A stretch of DNA of 64,000 nt from Myxococcales bacterium (lineage in GTDB: Bacteria; Myxococcota_A; Polyangia; Polyangiales; JAFGIB01). Shown piece by piece: positions 39,246 to 48,597 of this stretch. The position numbers were made by a program, and so were the translations under genes. The stretch's first letter is position 1, and each line of letters starts with the position of its first letter. The notes beneath the pieces are model-generated. The model saw only the letters and a program-made list of their open reading frames with translations, had not been told where the DNA came from and ran no database searches. Where the stretch lies: assembly GCA_050118535.1 (NCBI GenBank), contig JASFKR010000004.1, positions 2,028 to 66,027 of the forward strand. Reading direction: 5' to 3'.

Positions 39246-40690
39246 CAGGACTGCTCCTGGTCGGCGACGACCGCGCCGAAACCCTGCGCCACGGCGTCCA
39301 CATCGCAGTCGCGCTCGGCGAGCCGCGCCCGCAGCCCGTCCACCTGCACCTGCACCTGCGCCCGCGCCGGGCCGCCCACCAGATTGCGCCGCTCCACGGC
39401 GGTCTCCATCTTCAGCGCCTCGTAGATGTCGTCCTGGAATGCGTCCGACTCGGCGCGCATCTCGTCGAGGCTGAGCTCGGACAGCGTCTTTCCATGGGAC
39501 AGGGCGTAGCGCACGAGCCGGCCGGCCACGTGATGGGCCGAGCGGAAGGGCACGCCCCGCGCGCTCAGGTAGTCGGCCAGCTCGGTCGCGTCGAGGAAGC
39601 CCTGGCCCAGGGCCGCGGCCATGCGCTCGGCGTCGAAGCGCGCGCCCGCGACGGACCCGGCCAGCACGTCGAGGCACGCGTCCACGGTGTCGAAGGCGTC
39701 GAAGACCGGCGGCTTGTCCTCCTGCATGTCGCGGTTGTAGGCAAGCGGCAGCCCCTTGAGCATGACCATCAGGGTGACCAGGTCGCCCACCACGCGCCCG
39801 CTCTTGCCGCGCACCAGCTCGGCCATGTCCGGGTTCTTCTTCTGCGGCATCATCGAGGAGCCCGTCGTGAAGGCGTCGCTCATCTGCACGAAGCCGAACT
39901 CCTGGCTGCTCCACAGCACCAGCTCCTCGCCCATGCGGGACATGTGAATCGCGCAGTTGGCCAGGGCCGCCACCGTCTCGACCAGGAAGTCCCGGTCGCC
40001 CACCGCGTCCAGGGAGTTGCGGGTCACGCCGTCGAAGCCCAGCTCCCGGGCCGTGGCCTCCCGATCCAGGTCGAAGGTGGTGCCGGCCAGGGCGCCCGAG
40101 CCCAGCGGCGAGCGGTTCATGCGACGGGCCGCGTCCAGCAGCCGTTCCCGGTCTCGCTCCAGCATCTCGCACCAGGCCAGCAGGTGGTGGGCCAGGCGTA
40201 CAGGCTGGGCGCGCTGCAGGTGGGTGTAGCCAGGCATCAGCACGTCCACCGTGCCGCCGGCCCGCACCGCCAGCACGCACAGCAGCCGGTCGATGCGCGC
40301 CGCCGTGGCGCGGCAGGCCTCGCGGGTCCACACCCTCATGTCGGTGCCGACCTGATCGTTTCGGCTCCGGCCCGTGTGCAGGCGTGCGCCCGCGTCGCCG
40401 ATGCGCGCGGTCAGCGCCGACTCGATGTTCATGTGGACGTCTTCCCGGGTCTCGTCCCACTCCAGCTTTCCGGCTTCGATCTCGGCGGCGATCTCCTCCA
40501 GGCCGCGGACGATCTTGTCCACGTCGGTCTGCTCCAGAATCCCACGGGCCGCCAGCATGCGGGCGTGCGCGATGGAACCGCGGATGTCCTCCGGCGCCAG
40601 GCGCTTGTCGAAGCTGACGCTCTCGCTGAACTTCAGCGCGGTCGCGTCCAGGTCCTGTTCGAAGCGACCACCCCAGGTGCCCTTGCTCAT
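39245..40690 (-). CDS. argH: Argininosuccinate lyase
   Basis: WGGRF, EDVHMNIE, HTGRSRNDQ, PGYTHLQRAQP, TGSSMMPQKKNPD, AYNRDMQEDK. Confidence 0.97.
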   Translation of the reverse strand: MSKGTWGGRFEQDLDATALKFSESVSFDKRLAPEDIRGSIAHARMLAARGILEQTDVDKIVRGLEEIAAEIEAGKLEWDETREDVHMNIESALTARIGDAGARLHTGRSRNDQVGTDMRVWTREACRATAARIDRLLCVLAVRAGGTVDVLMPGYTHLQRAQPVRLAHHLLAWCEMLERDRERLLDAARRMNRSPLGSGALAGTTFDLDREATARELGFDGVTRNSLDAVGDRDFLVETVAALANCAIHMSRMGEELVLWSSQEFGFVQMSDAFTTGSSMMPQKKNPDMAELVRGKSGRVVGDLVTLMVMLKGLPLAYNRDMQEDKPPVFDAFDTVDACLDVLAGSVAGARFDAERMAAALGQGFLDATELADYLSARGVPFRSAHHVAGRLVRYALSHGKTLSELSLDEMRAESDAFQDDIYEALKMETAVERRNLVGGPARAQVQVQVDGLRARLAERDCDVDAVAQGFGAVVADQEQS

Positions 40691-40703
40691 CTCGTCCTTC
40701 CTC

Positions 40704-42932
40704 TCAAGTACGCGCAGGAAGCCTTAGCGCGATTCGCCGCAGAAGTCGCGGCCCGGCGCGCAGGCAGTAGCTGTCCACCGCCACGGCGAACAGCGCGGCC
40801 ACGCCCGGAACGATCAGGCCGGCGGCGGCGGCGGCCACGATGGTGGCGAAGGCGGCGGTCGCCACGCCCGCGGCGCGCTGGGAGGCGTCGCGGGCGGCGC
40901 GGGCAATGAACAAGGCCGCGGCGGCATCTCGTACGTCGTCGCTCACCAGCGCAGCGGCTTTTTCGCCTGCGGGTCCGCCGGCGGCCCCGAGCACGATCGC
41001 TGCGTCCGCGGCCGCCAGCGCCGCGTCGTCGGGGCCGGGCCAGCCCACGGCCGCCACCACGCCGCCCGCCTCGCGCATGTTCTGGACCTGCTGGCCGCGC
41101 TCCTCGGGCAGAAGCTCGCCCTTGATGTGCTCCACGTCCAGGGCTGCTGCGAGTCGCTGCACCGCGCCTCGTTGGTCACCCGTGAGCAGGACCACCTCCA
41201 GACCCATGTCGAACATGCGCTGGATGGCCGGGCGCGCGCCCACCCGCAATTCGTCCTCGATGGTCATCACCGCGCGCACGCGGCCGCCCTGGGCGACGAA
41301 GATCGGGGTTCGGCCCGCAGCCTCGGCGCGCGCGGCCTCTGCGTCGGCGACGGCCACGCTGATGCCCTCGTCGAGCAGCAGGCGTCGGCTGCCGATCACC
41401 AGCGGCTGACCGTCCGGGGAGATCGCGGTCACGCCCTGACCCGGGTGGTGCACCGGGCGGCGCACGTCCACCACCGGCACCCGCTGGTCGCGCGCGAACC
41501 CGTCGACGGCGCGGGCTATGGCGTGGCTCCCCGCGGCGCGCTCGGCGGCCGCCGCCATGGCGATCAGGTTCTGCAAGTCGCCGTGATCGAGCGGGTGGAA
41601 CTCGACCACCTCGGGGCGTCCGGCGGTCAGCGTGCCGTAGGGCGACATGGCCACACCGGTCACGCGCCCCACCGTGTCCAGGGCGTCGCCGCTGCGGTAG
41701 ACGATACCGCGCGCGCCGGCGGTGGCGGCCGCGGCCTGCAGTGGGGCTTCGGCCACCCGGCGAAGGGACAACAGCGGGGCCGAGAGCAGCACCGCGGCCG
41801 CCGCCGCCACCGGCGCCGTGAAGCCGCCGCCCTCCGCAACCACCAGCACTCCGAGGGCGAGGCCCAACGTGGCCAGCGCCCCCCATCGGGAGACCAGCTC
41901 GCCCGCGCGCGACAGGGGCGATGGCTCCCGATCGCGGCGGGTGCCGAAGTGGGCGACGCGCACGAGGGCCCGGTCGTCGCCGACCCGCGTGGCCAGCACA
42001 CGCACCGCTCCGTCCACGAGCTTGGCCCCGGCAAGGACCGGGTTGCCCACCGTGCGGCGGATGGGGGTGGAGGCGCCGGGGTAGGGGATGACCTGGCACT
42101 CGCCAGCTTGCACCACGCCGTCGACCGCCAGGGTGTTGCCGCGCAGCGCGACCACCTCTTCGCCCGTGCGTACGGCGTCCGCGTCGGCCAGTTCCATCGA
42201 CATGGCCAGCGGATCTGTGGCGCTCTTGACCGGCACGTGCACTCGCGCGGGTAGGTTTTGCACCAGGCGGTAGACCGAGTGCTCGATGGGTTTGCGCGAC
42301 TCTCGGTCGAGAAAGGCTCGCGCCACCATGGCCCCCGCCGCGAGCGCGGCACCCTGCACTCCCAGCCAACCGCCCTCGCCCGTGGAGACGGCATACCAGG
42401 CCCAGCCCGCCGCGGTGATCGCCCCGGCCGGCCCCACCGCCCAGCCGAGCAGTCCCACCACACGAGCGCTCTCCCGGCTCGTCCAGAGCGCGAGTCCACA
42501 GGCGGCCGTCGTCAGCACCGCAGAGACCAACGCCAGGGTAGGGCGGTCGCCGCCCAGGCCCACCAGCATCGACAGCACGACCAGCGCGACGGCAGCCCAC
42601 GGCGCGTGGGCGCGCTCTTCGCTCGGCGGCAGCACTGCGGGCGGGATCTGGCGCCCGCTCGGCGTGCGCCCGGCCGGGGTAGCCAGTGGCGTGGTGCTGG
42701 ATAGCGGCGTGGGCGTGCGCTTGCGTCGGTGACGATGACCCTGACGAAAGGCGTGCAGGCACTCGTCGCAGCAGAGGAAACGAAACCCGTCGTCGAAGAC
42801 CAGCACCCGCGGCGCCCGCAGGGGGTCCAGCAGCAGGCCGCAGGCCGCGCAGGGCTGACTGGCGCCAACGGGCCTGCCCGGCGGCGGTTCGCGCAGCGGA
42901 ATCAGCTCCCGATTCGGTGCATTCTCCGACAC
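40704..42932 (-). CDS. P1B-type (heavy-metal) ATPase-like protein with degenerate catalytic motifs and N-terminal TRASH/YHS-like Cys domain
   Basis: Overall architecture and remnants (VDGVV, GTLTAGRPEV, HAIARAV, PGQGV, LLTGD) are present, but DKTGT is SPYGT. N-terminal CAAC...FLCCDEC. Confidence 0.8.
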   Translation of the reverse strand: MSENAPNRELIPLREPPPGRPVGASQPCAACGLLLDPLRAPRVLVFDDGFRFLCCDECLHAFRQGHRHRRKRTPTPLSSTTPLATPAGRTPSGRQIPPAVLPPSEERAHAPWAAVALVVLSMLVGLGGDRPTLALVSAVLTTAACGLALWTSRESARVVGLLGWAVGPAGAITAAGWAWYAVSTGEGGWLGVQGAALAAGAMVARAFLDRESRKPIEHSVYRLVQNLPARVHVPVKSATDPLAMSMELADADAVRTGEEVVALRGNTLAVDGVVQAGECQVIPYPGASTPIRRTVGNPVLAGAKLVDGAVRVLATRVGDDRALVRVAHFGTRRDREPSPLSRAGELVSRWGALATLGLALGVLVVAEGGGFTAPVAAAAAVLLSAPLLSLRRVAEAPLQAAAATAGARGIVYRSGDALDTVGRVTGVAMSPYGTLTAGRPEVVEFHPLDHGDLQNLIAMAAAAERAAGSHAIARAVDGFARDQRVPVVDVRRPVHHPGQGVTAISPDGQPLVIGSRRLLLDEGISVAVADAEAARAEAAGRTPIFVAQGGRVRAVMTIEDELRVGARPAIQRMFDMGLEVVLLTGDQRGAVQRLAAALDVEHIKGELLPEERGQQVQNMREAGGVVAAVGWPGPDDAALAAADAAIVLGAAGGPAGEKAAALVSDDVRDAAAALFIARAARDASQRAAGVATAAFATIVAAAAAGLIVPGVAALFAVAVDSYCLRAGPRLLRRIALRLPART

Positions 42933-43043
42933 GGACGCCGGGGTATCGCAAGGCCGCCGCGGCAGCAATCTATTCCTTTTAGAATAAATTGTTATCGATC
43001 TATGAGCATTTGGAATATGAGCGTGACGGGCCGGGCGCTGCGC

Positions 43044-45074
43044 TCAGCGCAGTATGGGGAGCAGGCTGCTGTGCTCGTCGCTCCATTGCACCGGGGCGCC
43101 GGAGAGATCGGCGCCGGCGCCGACGACGCGCACGAGGGTGGCGTCGCGACGGGCGACCAGGGCCCAGCGCGCCCGGGCGAGCGCCCGATCCACATCGTCG
43201 GGCGTGTCGACGATGCGGATCGCCAGCCCATGCTGCCGGGCTGCGCCGGCCACCACACGATCGAGTTGCAGGTGGCGGTTGCTGACGTGCACTGCGACCA
43301 CGCCTCCAGCAGCCAGGTGCCTCAGGTACAGGCCAAAGGCCTCGACCGTCAGCAGGTGGGTGGGGACCGCGTCGCTGGCGAACGCGTCCAGGACGACCAC
43401 GTCGTAGCCGCGGGGCGCGCGGCCCTGAAGCGACAGGCGAGCGTCTCCCGTGATGACGTGGATGGCGGACGCCTGGCTGCGTTTCAGGAAGTCGAAGTGC
43501 GCGCGGGCCAGGTCGACGACATCGTGGCTGATCTCGTAGAAGTCGAGCACGTCGCCGGGGCGCGCGTAGGCGGCGAGCGTACCGACGCCGAGCCCGACGA
43601 TGCCAATCCGTCGCGCGGCATTGGGATCGCGCCGCGAAAGGACCCGACCCACGCCGCTTTCGGTCCCGTAGTAGAGGGTGGGCTGTGACGCGCGGTCCGG
43701 ATCGCGAAGCTGCATGCCGTGCCGGGTCCGTCCGTGGGACAGCAGGACCACCTCGGCCAGGCGCGTCACACGCACGACGCCGTGGAAGCTGCGACGGCGC
43801 GCCAGAACCTCGCCCTTCGTGGTGTGACCGCTGGTCCGCGCCCAGATGGCGGCCGCGAAAATCGGCAGCGCGAGCCCCAGGCCGAGCCACGCGGCGTTGC
43901 GTGTCGCCCGGCCCGCATCCGCTGTGACCGCGGCGTCGGGCTCGGCGTGCAGTGACCAGACCAGCAGCCCATGCACGCCGAGGATGCAGAGGGGCAGCTC
44001 ATGGAAGCCGTCGAAGACGAGTGGGGCGATCACGGCGACCAGCAGCCCGCCCAGGGCGCCGCCGGTCGACAGCAGGAAGTAGTAGCCGGTGAGGTGATCC
44101 GCGGCGGGACGCGCGCGCGCCAGCTCCCCGTGGCAGATCATGCAAGCGACGAACAGGCCGCCCCAGAGGGTGAATAGTTGGAACGGGAGTGGCGCGTCGT
44201 TGCCCTCGAAGAGGGTGATCGCGATGCCACCGCTGCACAGCAACCAGAGTGGCACGAGGAGGGCGCGGCGGTATGCGTTGGGCGACGCGAAGACCACGAC
44301 GAACGACACCAGGTAGAGCGCCAGCGGCACGACCCAAAGCACGGGGACCGGCGCCACGTCGACCGTGACGTGGTGGGTCACCGCCAAGAGCAAGGCGCTT
44401 GGGACAACCGCGAGCGCCAGCCACCGGACGCGCAATTGGGGCGACGGCGCGGGCGTCACGGTAGGCGGAGGGGATGCGCGCATGTCCGCCCCGCTCTGCG
44501 CGGCCAGCACGCCGCATAGTGCCAAGAGCGCGCCGTAGGCGACGAAGGCCCCCTCCCACAGTTTCGCCTGGGCGTCGAGATCCAGCGAGGGCTCCACCAG
44601 CACGGGGTAGGCCAGCAGGCCGAGCAATGAGCCCGCGTTCGATCCGGCGTAGAGCGCATACGGGGCGCGGTTGTCGCGTGCGCGCGCGAGCCAGAGGGAC
44701 AGCAGCGGCGTGGTCGCTGCCAGCGCCAGGAAGGGCAGCGCCGCGTTTCGGGTGAGGACAGTCAGGATGGCGAGCGCAGGATGCAGGTCCGCCGCGGGAG
44801 CGCTCGCGACCTCCGGCGCGATCGGGAAGAGCAGCACGGCGGCGGCCACCAGGCCGAGCTGAAGTGCCAGCTGCACTCGCAATGGGCGGCGGGACATTCC
44901 GTGGACGGCGGCGTAGCCCACCCACAGCAGGCTCTGAAAGAAGAGCATGCACACCGTCCAGGTGGCCGGACTGCCCCCAAACCGCGGTAGCAGGAGCTTG
45001 CCAAGGAACGGTTGGAGAACGAACAGCAACAGCGCGCTCGACATGACGGTGAGCGCATAGATGGTGCCGACCAC
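43044..45074 (-). CDS. Membrane protein fused to spermidine-synthase-like SAM-dependent domain
   Basis: Multiple TM helices; CHGELARARP, HGRTRHGMQ, IVGLGVGTLAAY, GDARLSL, LDAFASDAVPTHLLT, WSDEHS. Confidence 0.88.
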   Translation of the reverse strand: MVGTIYALTVMSSALLLFVLQPFLGKLLLPRFGGSPATWTVCMLFFQSLLWVGYAAVHGMSRRPLRVQLALQLGLVAAAVLLFPIAPEVASAPAADLHPALAILTVLTRNAALPFLALAATTPLLSLWLARARDNRAPYALYAGSNAGSLLGLLAYPVLVEPSLDLDAQAKLWEGAFVAYGALLALCGVLAAQSGADMRASPPPTVTPAPSPQLRVRWLALAVVPSALLLAVTHHVTVDVAPVPVLWVVPLALYLVSFVVVFASPNAYRRALLVPLWLLCSGGIAITLFEGNDAPLPFQLFTLWGGLFVACMICHGELARARPAADHLTGYYFLLSTGGALGGLLVAVIAPLVFDGFHELPLCILGVHGLLVWSLHAEPDAAVTADAGRATRNAAWLGLGLALPIFAAAIWARTSGHTTKGEVLARRRSFHGVVRVTRLAEVVLLSHGRTRHGMQLRDPDRASQPTLYYGTESGVGRVLSRRDPNAARRIGIVGLGVGTLAAYARPGDVLDFYEISHDVVDLARAHFDFLKRSQASAIHVITGDARLSLQGRAPRGYDVVVLDAFASDAVPTHLLTVEAFGLYLRHLAAGGVVAVHVSNRHLQLDRVVAGAARQHGLAIRIVDTPDDVDRALARARWALVARRDATLVRVVGAGADLSGAPVQWSDEHSSLLPILR

Positions 45075-45182
45075 GTGTTGGCAAGGATATCAGAAGGAGG
45101 CGGGCCGCCGCCGGTGCCGGCGGCCTGCAAAGGGTCGTCCGGGAGACTTGCGTTCGGATGTCATCGACGCTCTGATCGTGGC

Positions 45183-45599
45183 GTGCCACTCCTTCCCCGC
45201 TTCCGCATCGCGCTTACTGCGTTCTCGATTCTCTTCCTCGGTTGCGGGGGCGCGGCGCTCTCCGCGGCACGGGCCGACCAGATGCGGCGAGAGCTGCGCG
45301 AGGCCATGACCGAGCCCGTGCCCGATCGACACACTCGCGATCGACACAGCCGCTTCCTGGCGGACGTGGTCGACCGGGGTGCCCTCGCTGGCATGAACCG
45401 GGCCGACGTGCGGGCGGCCTTCGGACCGGGTCAGGCCTGCCGCAGCCAGATCTGCCGGCGCGCCGGCTTCGGGCCGTCGGACTGGTATTACGAGGTGGGC
45501 CGTGCGACCGGCGACGGCGTGAAGCAGTTGCCGGTGCTCATCGTGGGCTTCGACCACCGGGACCGCGCGGTTCGCGTCTGGAACCTGACGACGCACTGA
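45183..45599 (+). CDS. Small hypothetical lipoprotein
   Basis: Hydrophobic stretch ending LFLGC; GMNRADVRAAFG...WYYEVG...LIVGFD is reminiscent of SmpA/OmlA-like folds. Confidence 0.6.
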   Translation: MPLLPRFRIALTAFSILFLGCGGAALSAARADQMRRELREAMTEPVPDRHTRDRHSRFLADVVDRGALAGMNRADVRAAFGPGQACRSQICRRAGFGPSDWYYEVGRATGDGVKQLPVLIVGFDHRDRAVRVWNLTTH

Positions 45600-45607
45600 G
45601 TGCCAGG

Positions 45608-47245
45608 TCAGCCCTCGCCATCGGTCCCGGTGCCGGGGTCGACGAAGACGAAGGTGCCGTCGGCGGCCGACAGGGCGCGGGCGCCGTGCCAGTGCACGGG
45701 CACCTCGGGCGACGTCCAGCGGAACAGCCAGCGTGCGTCCTCGGGCGAGAGGTTCACGCAGCCGTGACTGCGGACGCGGCCGAAGCGGTCGTGCCAGAAG
45801 GCGGCGTGCAGGGCGTAGCTGCCGTGGAAGTACATGGTCCAGGGCACGTCCTCGATGCTGTAAACGTCGTCGGTGCCCGCCATTCCGTCCATGGTCGTGG
45901 AGACGTGCTTCGTGTGGATGCGGAACAGGCCGGCGGGCGTCTCGTAGCCCTCCTTGCCGCTCGACACCAGGGTGGCGAAGACCGGACGGTCTCCCTCGTA
46001 GGCGGTCAGGGTCTGCTCGGCCAGGTTCACGTGGATCCAGCGCGCGTGTCGGGGCACGAGCGCGGGGCGTGCCACCGGCCGTACGATGCGCAGGTTCTTG
46101 TCCGAGATGAAGTGGCCGTCGCGTGCCAGGAGATAGCGCTTCCGCCCGTCCTCGATGGCGACGTCGGTGAGTCGCGCGTGATCGAAGGGGCGCAGGGGCT
46201 CGACGATGCGGAGCTCACCACCGTCGGCGCGGCGCAACACGCGCCGAGCGGGGCCGCGGTAGGCGATGGCCAGGGGCAGGTCGTCGCGACCGTCGAGCAA
46301 CACACCCGGCGCCGCGGGGGCCTCCACCGGCAGCAGCTCGCCCCTGGGCACGTATGCGCCGCGCACGGTGCGCAGGTAGTCCAGGTCTTCGGCGTCGAGG
46401 GCGGGCTCCCGGGCGTCGAGGCTGACGTAGAATCCGGGCTGCATGCCCATGCGTACGTAGTCGGGCAGATCGCCGTTTTCACCCGGCGCGTCCGGGTCGC
46501 GCGGCTCGCTCGCCGCCAGTCCGGCAGCCGCGTCGGTGAGCTCTGCCTCTTCGGGCTCGGGCTCGGGCTCGCCTTCCGCCTCCGAGGCGGCCTCTTCGCG
46601 TGCGAGCACGATCAGCTCACGTGCGCTGTCGGCCTCGTCGTCGGTGGGCACGCGCCAGAACTGCGGCACGTCGTGGCCCACGTTCTTGGCGTAGGGATAG
46701 GGCAGGGCGTCGTGGCGCAGGGGCGGCGCCGGCGCGGGCTCGAAGCTCTGCGGCGTCTCGCCGAGGGTGAAGCCCCGTCCCCGGCACACGTAGCCGCCGC
46801 CGGACAGCTCGTGCCAGGTGGCTTCGCAGCCCGGGCCGCGTTCGCCGGAGGCTGCGCGGAAGCGCGCCCCGCGGCGCATGTAGCCCTTCACGTCACCTCC
46901 GGGCCGGTCGTAGACGTGCGAAAGCACGTGAAAGGCCACGCCGTGCAGCGGGTAGCGCGTCTCGAACGCGCGCTCGGCCCCAGCGGCGTCCGCGCGTGCT
47001 TCGGCCAGCGCATCGCCGGGAACCGGGAGGTCCCGCGTGGCATCCGGGGCCGAGGCCGTGTCCGTGTCCGCGGCCGTGTCCGTCACCGTGTCCGCGACCG
47101 TGTCCGTCACCGTGTCCGCGACCGTGTCCGTCACCGCGTCCGCTTGCCGCTCGGTTCGGCTATTGAGGCGCAGCTCCCCGGCGCCGCCGCCGCAGCTCGC
47201 GGCGGTGGCCACGGCGACGGTGAGGCCGATCCACGACTTGCGCAT
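45608..47245 (-). CDS. L,D-transpeptidase (YkuD family) lipoprotein
   Basis: IHVNLAEQTL, LVSSG, TPAG, ALHAAFWH...SHGCVNLS; signal ending AASC. Confidence 0.92.
   Translation of the reverse strand: MRKSWIGLTVAVATAASCGGGAGELRLNSRTERQADAVTDTVADTVTDTVADTVTDTAADTDTASAPDATRDLPVPGDALAEARADAAGAERAFETRYPLHGVAFHVLSHVYDRPGGDVKGYMRRGARFRAASGERGPGCEATWHELSGGGYVCRGRGFTLGETPQSFEPAPAPPLRHDALPYPYAKNVGHDVPQFWRVPTDDEADSARELIVLAREEAASEAEGEPEPEPEEAELTDAAAGLAASEPRDPDAPGENGDLPDYVRMGMQPGFYVSLDAREPALDAEDLDYLRTVRGAYVPRGELLPVEAPAAPGVLLDGRDDLPLAIAYRGPARRVLRRADGGELRIVEPLRPFDHARLTDVAIEDGRKRYLLARDGHFISDKNLRIVRPVARPALVPRHARWIHVNLAEQTLTAYEGDRPVFATLVSSGKEGYETPAGLFRIHTKHVSTTMDGMAGTDDVYSIEDVPWTMYFHGSYALHAAFWHDRFGRVRSHGCVNLSPEDARWLFRWTSPEVPVHWHGARALSAADGTFVFVDPGTGTDGEG
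47062..47143. repeat. 12-bp tandem repeat CCGTGTCCG(TCA/CGA) encoding DTV(T/A) repeats
   Basis: About six to seven units seen directly; protein reads VTDTVADTVTDTVADTVTDTAADT. Confidence 0.9.
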
Positions 47246-47322
47246 CCATTCAGGTGTGCACCGGAACGATGCGGGGCGTCCAGAAAACGACCAGATCGGG
47301 AGCGGCTGGGACCGTCGCCCCC

Positions 47323-48597
47323 CTACTGCGGTCGCTGCACCGGGCAGCCGAGCACCACGTCCACGCGGCCCGCGCGATCCCGCCTGACGCGGTCGCAGAT
47401 GGGACCACACAGGCGGATCTGGGTCTCGTCCTCGTTGTACTGCCAGCCGTCGGCGCCGGCCCGGCAAGGGGCCGTGTCGTCCTGCGCGATCACCTCGGGC
47501 GTGCCGAAGGTCGGGGAGTAGACGACGTTCACGCGGGATGGATCCACGCGCCCGTCCTCGGCGGTCGGCGCAGGCAGCTCGCACGTCAGGGCCGTGCGCC
47601 CCGCGATTTGCTGCAGCGTCTCCTCGAGTGCTTCGTCGAAAGCCGGCACCGTGGTCATGTCGAAATGGCAGTTGCCGGCGGAGGCCTCGCAGTCGGACGG
47701 CGCGGTTCCGCCCACCAGCGCGATCTGCGACAGCACCGAGCGCGACGGCTCGCTCCCGGGAGCGCCGATGACGAAGGTGGCGATGTGCACGCCCGGGCCG
47801 GCTGCCTTTGCCACCTCCTCGTTGACCAGCAGGTCGGTGCAGCTCGATGCGCCGTCACAGCGGTCCGCGTCGTAGCAGGGCTCGCTCTGCTCGCCGTCGG
47901 TCAGCAGCACGACGTACTTCTTGCCACGAATCTCCTGCGCCAGCGCCTGCTCGTGCAGATACTTGTAGGCGAGCACCGTGGCGCCCACCAGTGGCGTGGC
48001 GCCCTCGGGCTCGATGTTGCTCAGGCTGGCGTCGATGGTTGCGAGTTGCGCGCCGTTCAGCGCCGACAGCGGCACGCTGGGGTTGCTCTGCACGCCGCAG
48101 GCGTTGTCGTTGCTGAAGTAGGAGATGCCCACGTTGGTGCTGGACGGCAGCGAGCGGATGGCGTCGAGCACGGCCCCTCTTACGATCTCCCACTTCGAGG
48201 GGAGGGCCGGGTCGGCACGCACCGGGTCACTCTCGCATTCGGCCGACTCCGTCGTGGGCGGCGGGTTGCAGGCCATGGACGCACTTCGGTCCAGGACGAA
48301 GAGCAGGTTCGAGGGCAGCAGCTGCGACTGCATGGACTCGGTCGCGCAGCCGGTCTCGAAGATGGCGTCCACGTTCGGCGCCTGTGCGCCGAACCTCACG
48401 CGCGGCTCGTCCTCGTCTCCCCCGCCGGGGCCGCCCGCGTCGGCCGGTGTGGTGGCGTCACCGGGCATCGCCGCGCCAGACGACTGGCCGCCGGCCGCGG
48501 CGGCTTCGGCAAATTCGTCGGCGTCGGGACCGCCGCCCGCCGACTCGCAGGCTCCCAGCCAGAGGCCGGCGAGCAGGCTGAGCGCCAGTCGCCTCAT
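47323..48597 (-). CDS. vWA-domain Cys-rich lipoprotein
   Basis: Lipobox LGAC; MIDAS FVLDRSASM, ATPL, LLTDG; C-terminal GWQY...IRLCGPICD. Confidence 0.87.
   Translation of the reverse strand: MRRLALSLLAGLWLGACESAGGGPDADEFAEAAAAGGQSSGAAMPGDATTPADAGGPGGGDEDEPRVRFGAQAPNVDAIFETGCATESMQSQLLPSNLLFVLDRSASMACNPPPTTESAECESDPVRADPALPSKWEIVRGAVLDAIRSLPSSTNVGISYFSNDNACGVQSNPSVPLSALNGAQLATIDASLSNIEPEGATPLVGATVLAYKYLHEQALAQEIRGKKYVVLLTDGEQSEPCYDADRCDGASSCTDLLVNEEVAKAAGPGVHIATFVIGAPGSEPSRSVLSQIALVGGTAPSDCEASAGNCHFDMTTVPAFDEALEETLQQIAGRTALTCELPAPTAEDGRVDPSRVNVVYSPTFGTPEVIAQDDTAPCRAGADGWQYNEDETQIRLCGPICDRVRRDRAGRVDVVLGCPVQRPQ

Noticed and set aside
37908..40460. 850-aa ORF suggesting a long N-terminal extension on LysA
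   Set aside because: The extension is an off-frame reading of argH; lysA starts at ATG39245.
42967..43020. AT-rich tract as dif site or replication origin
   Set aside because: No match to XerC/XerD arms, and no DnaA-box cluster or dnaA context seen.
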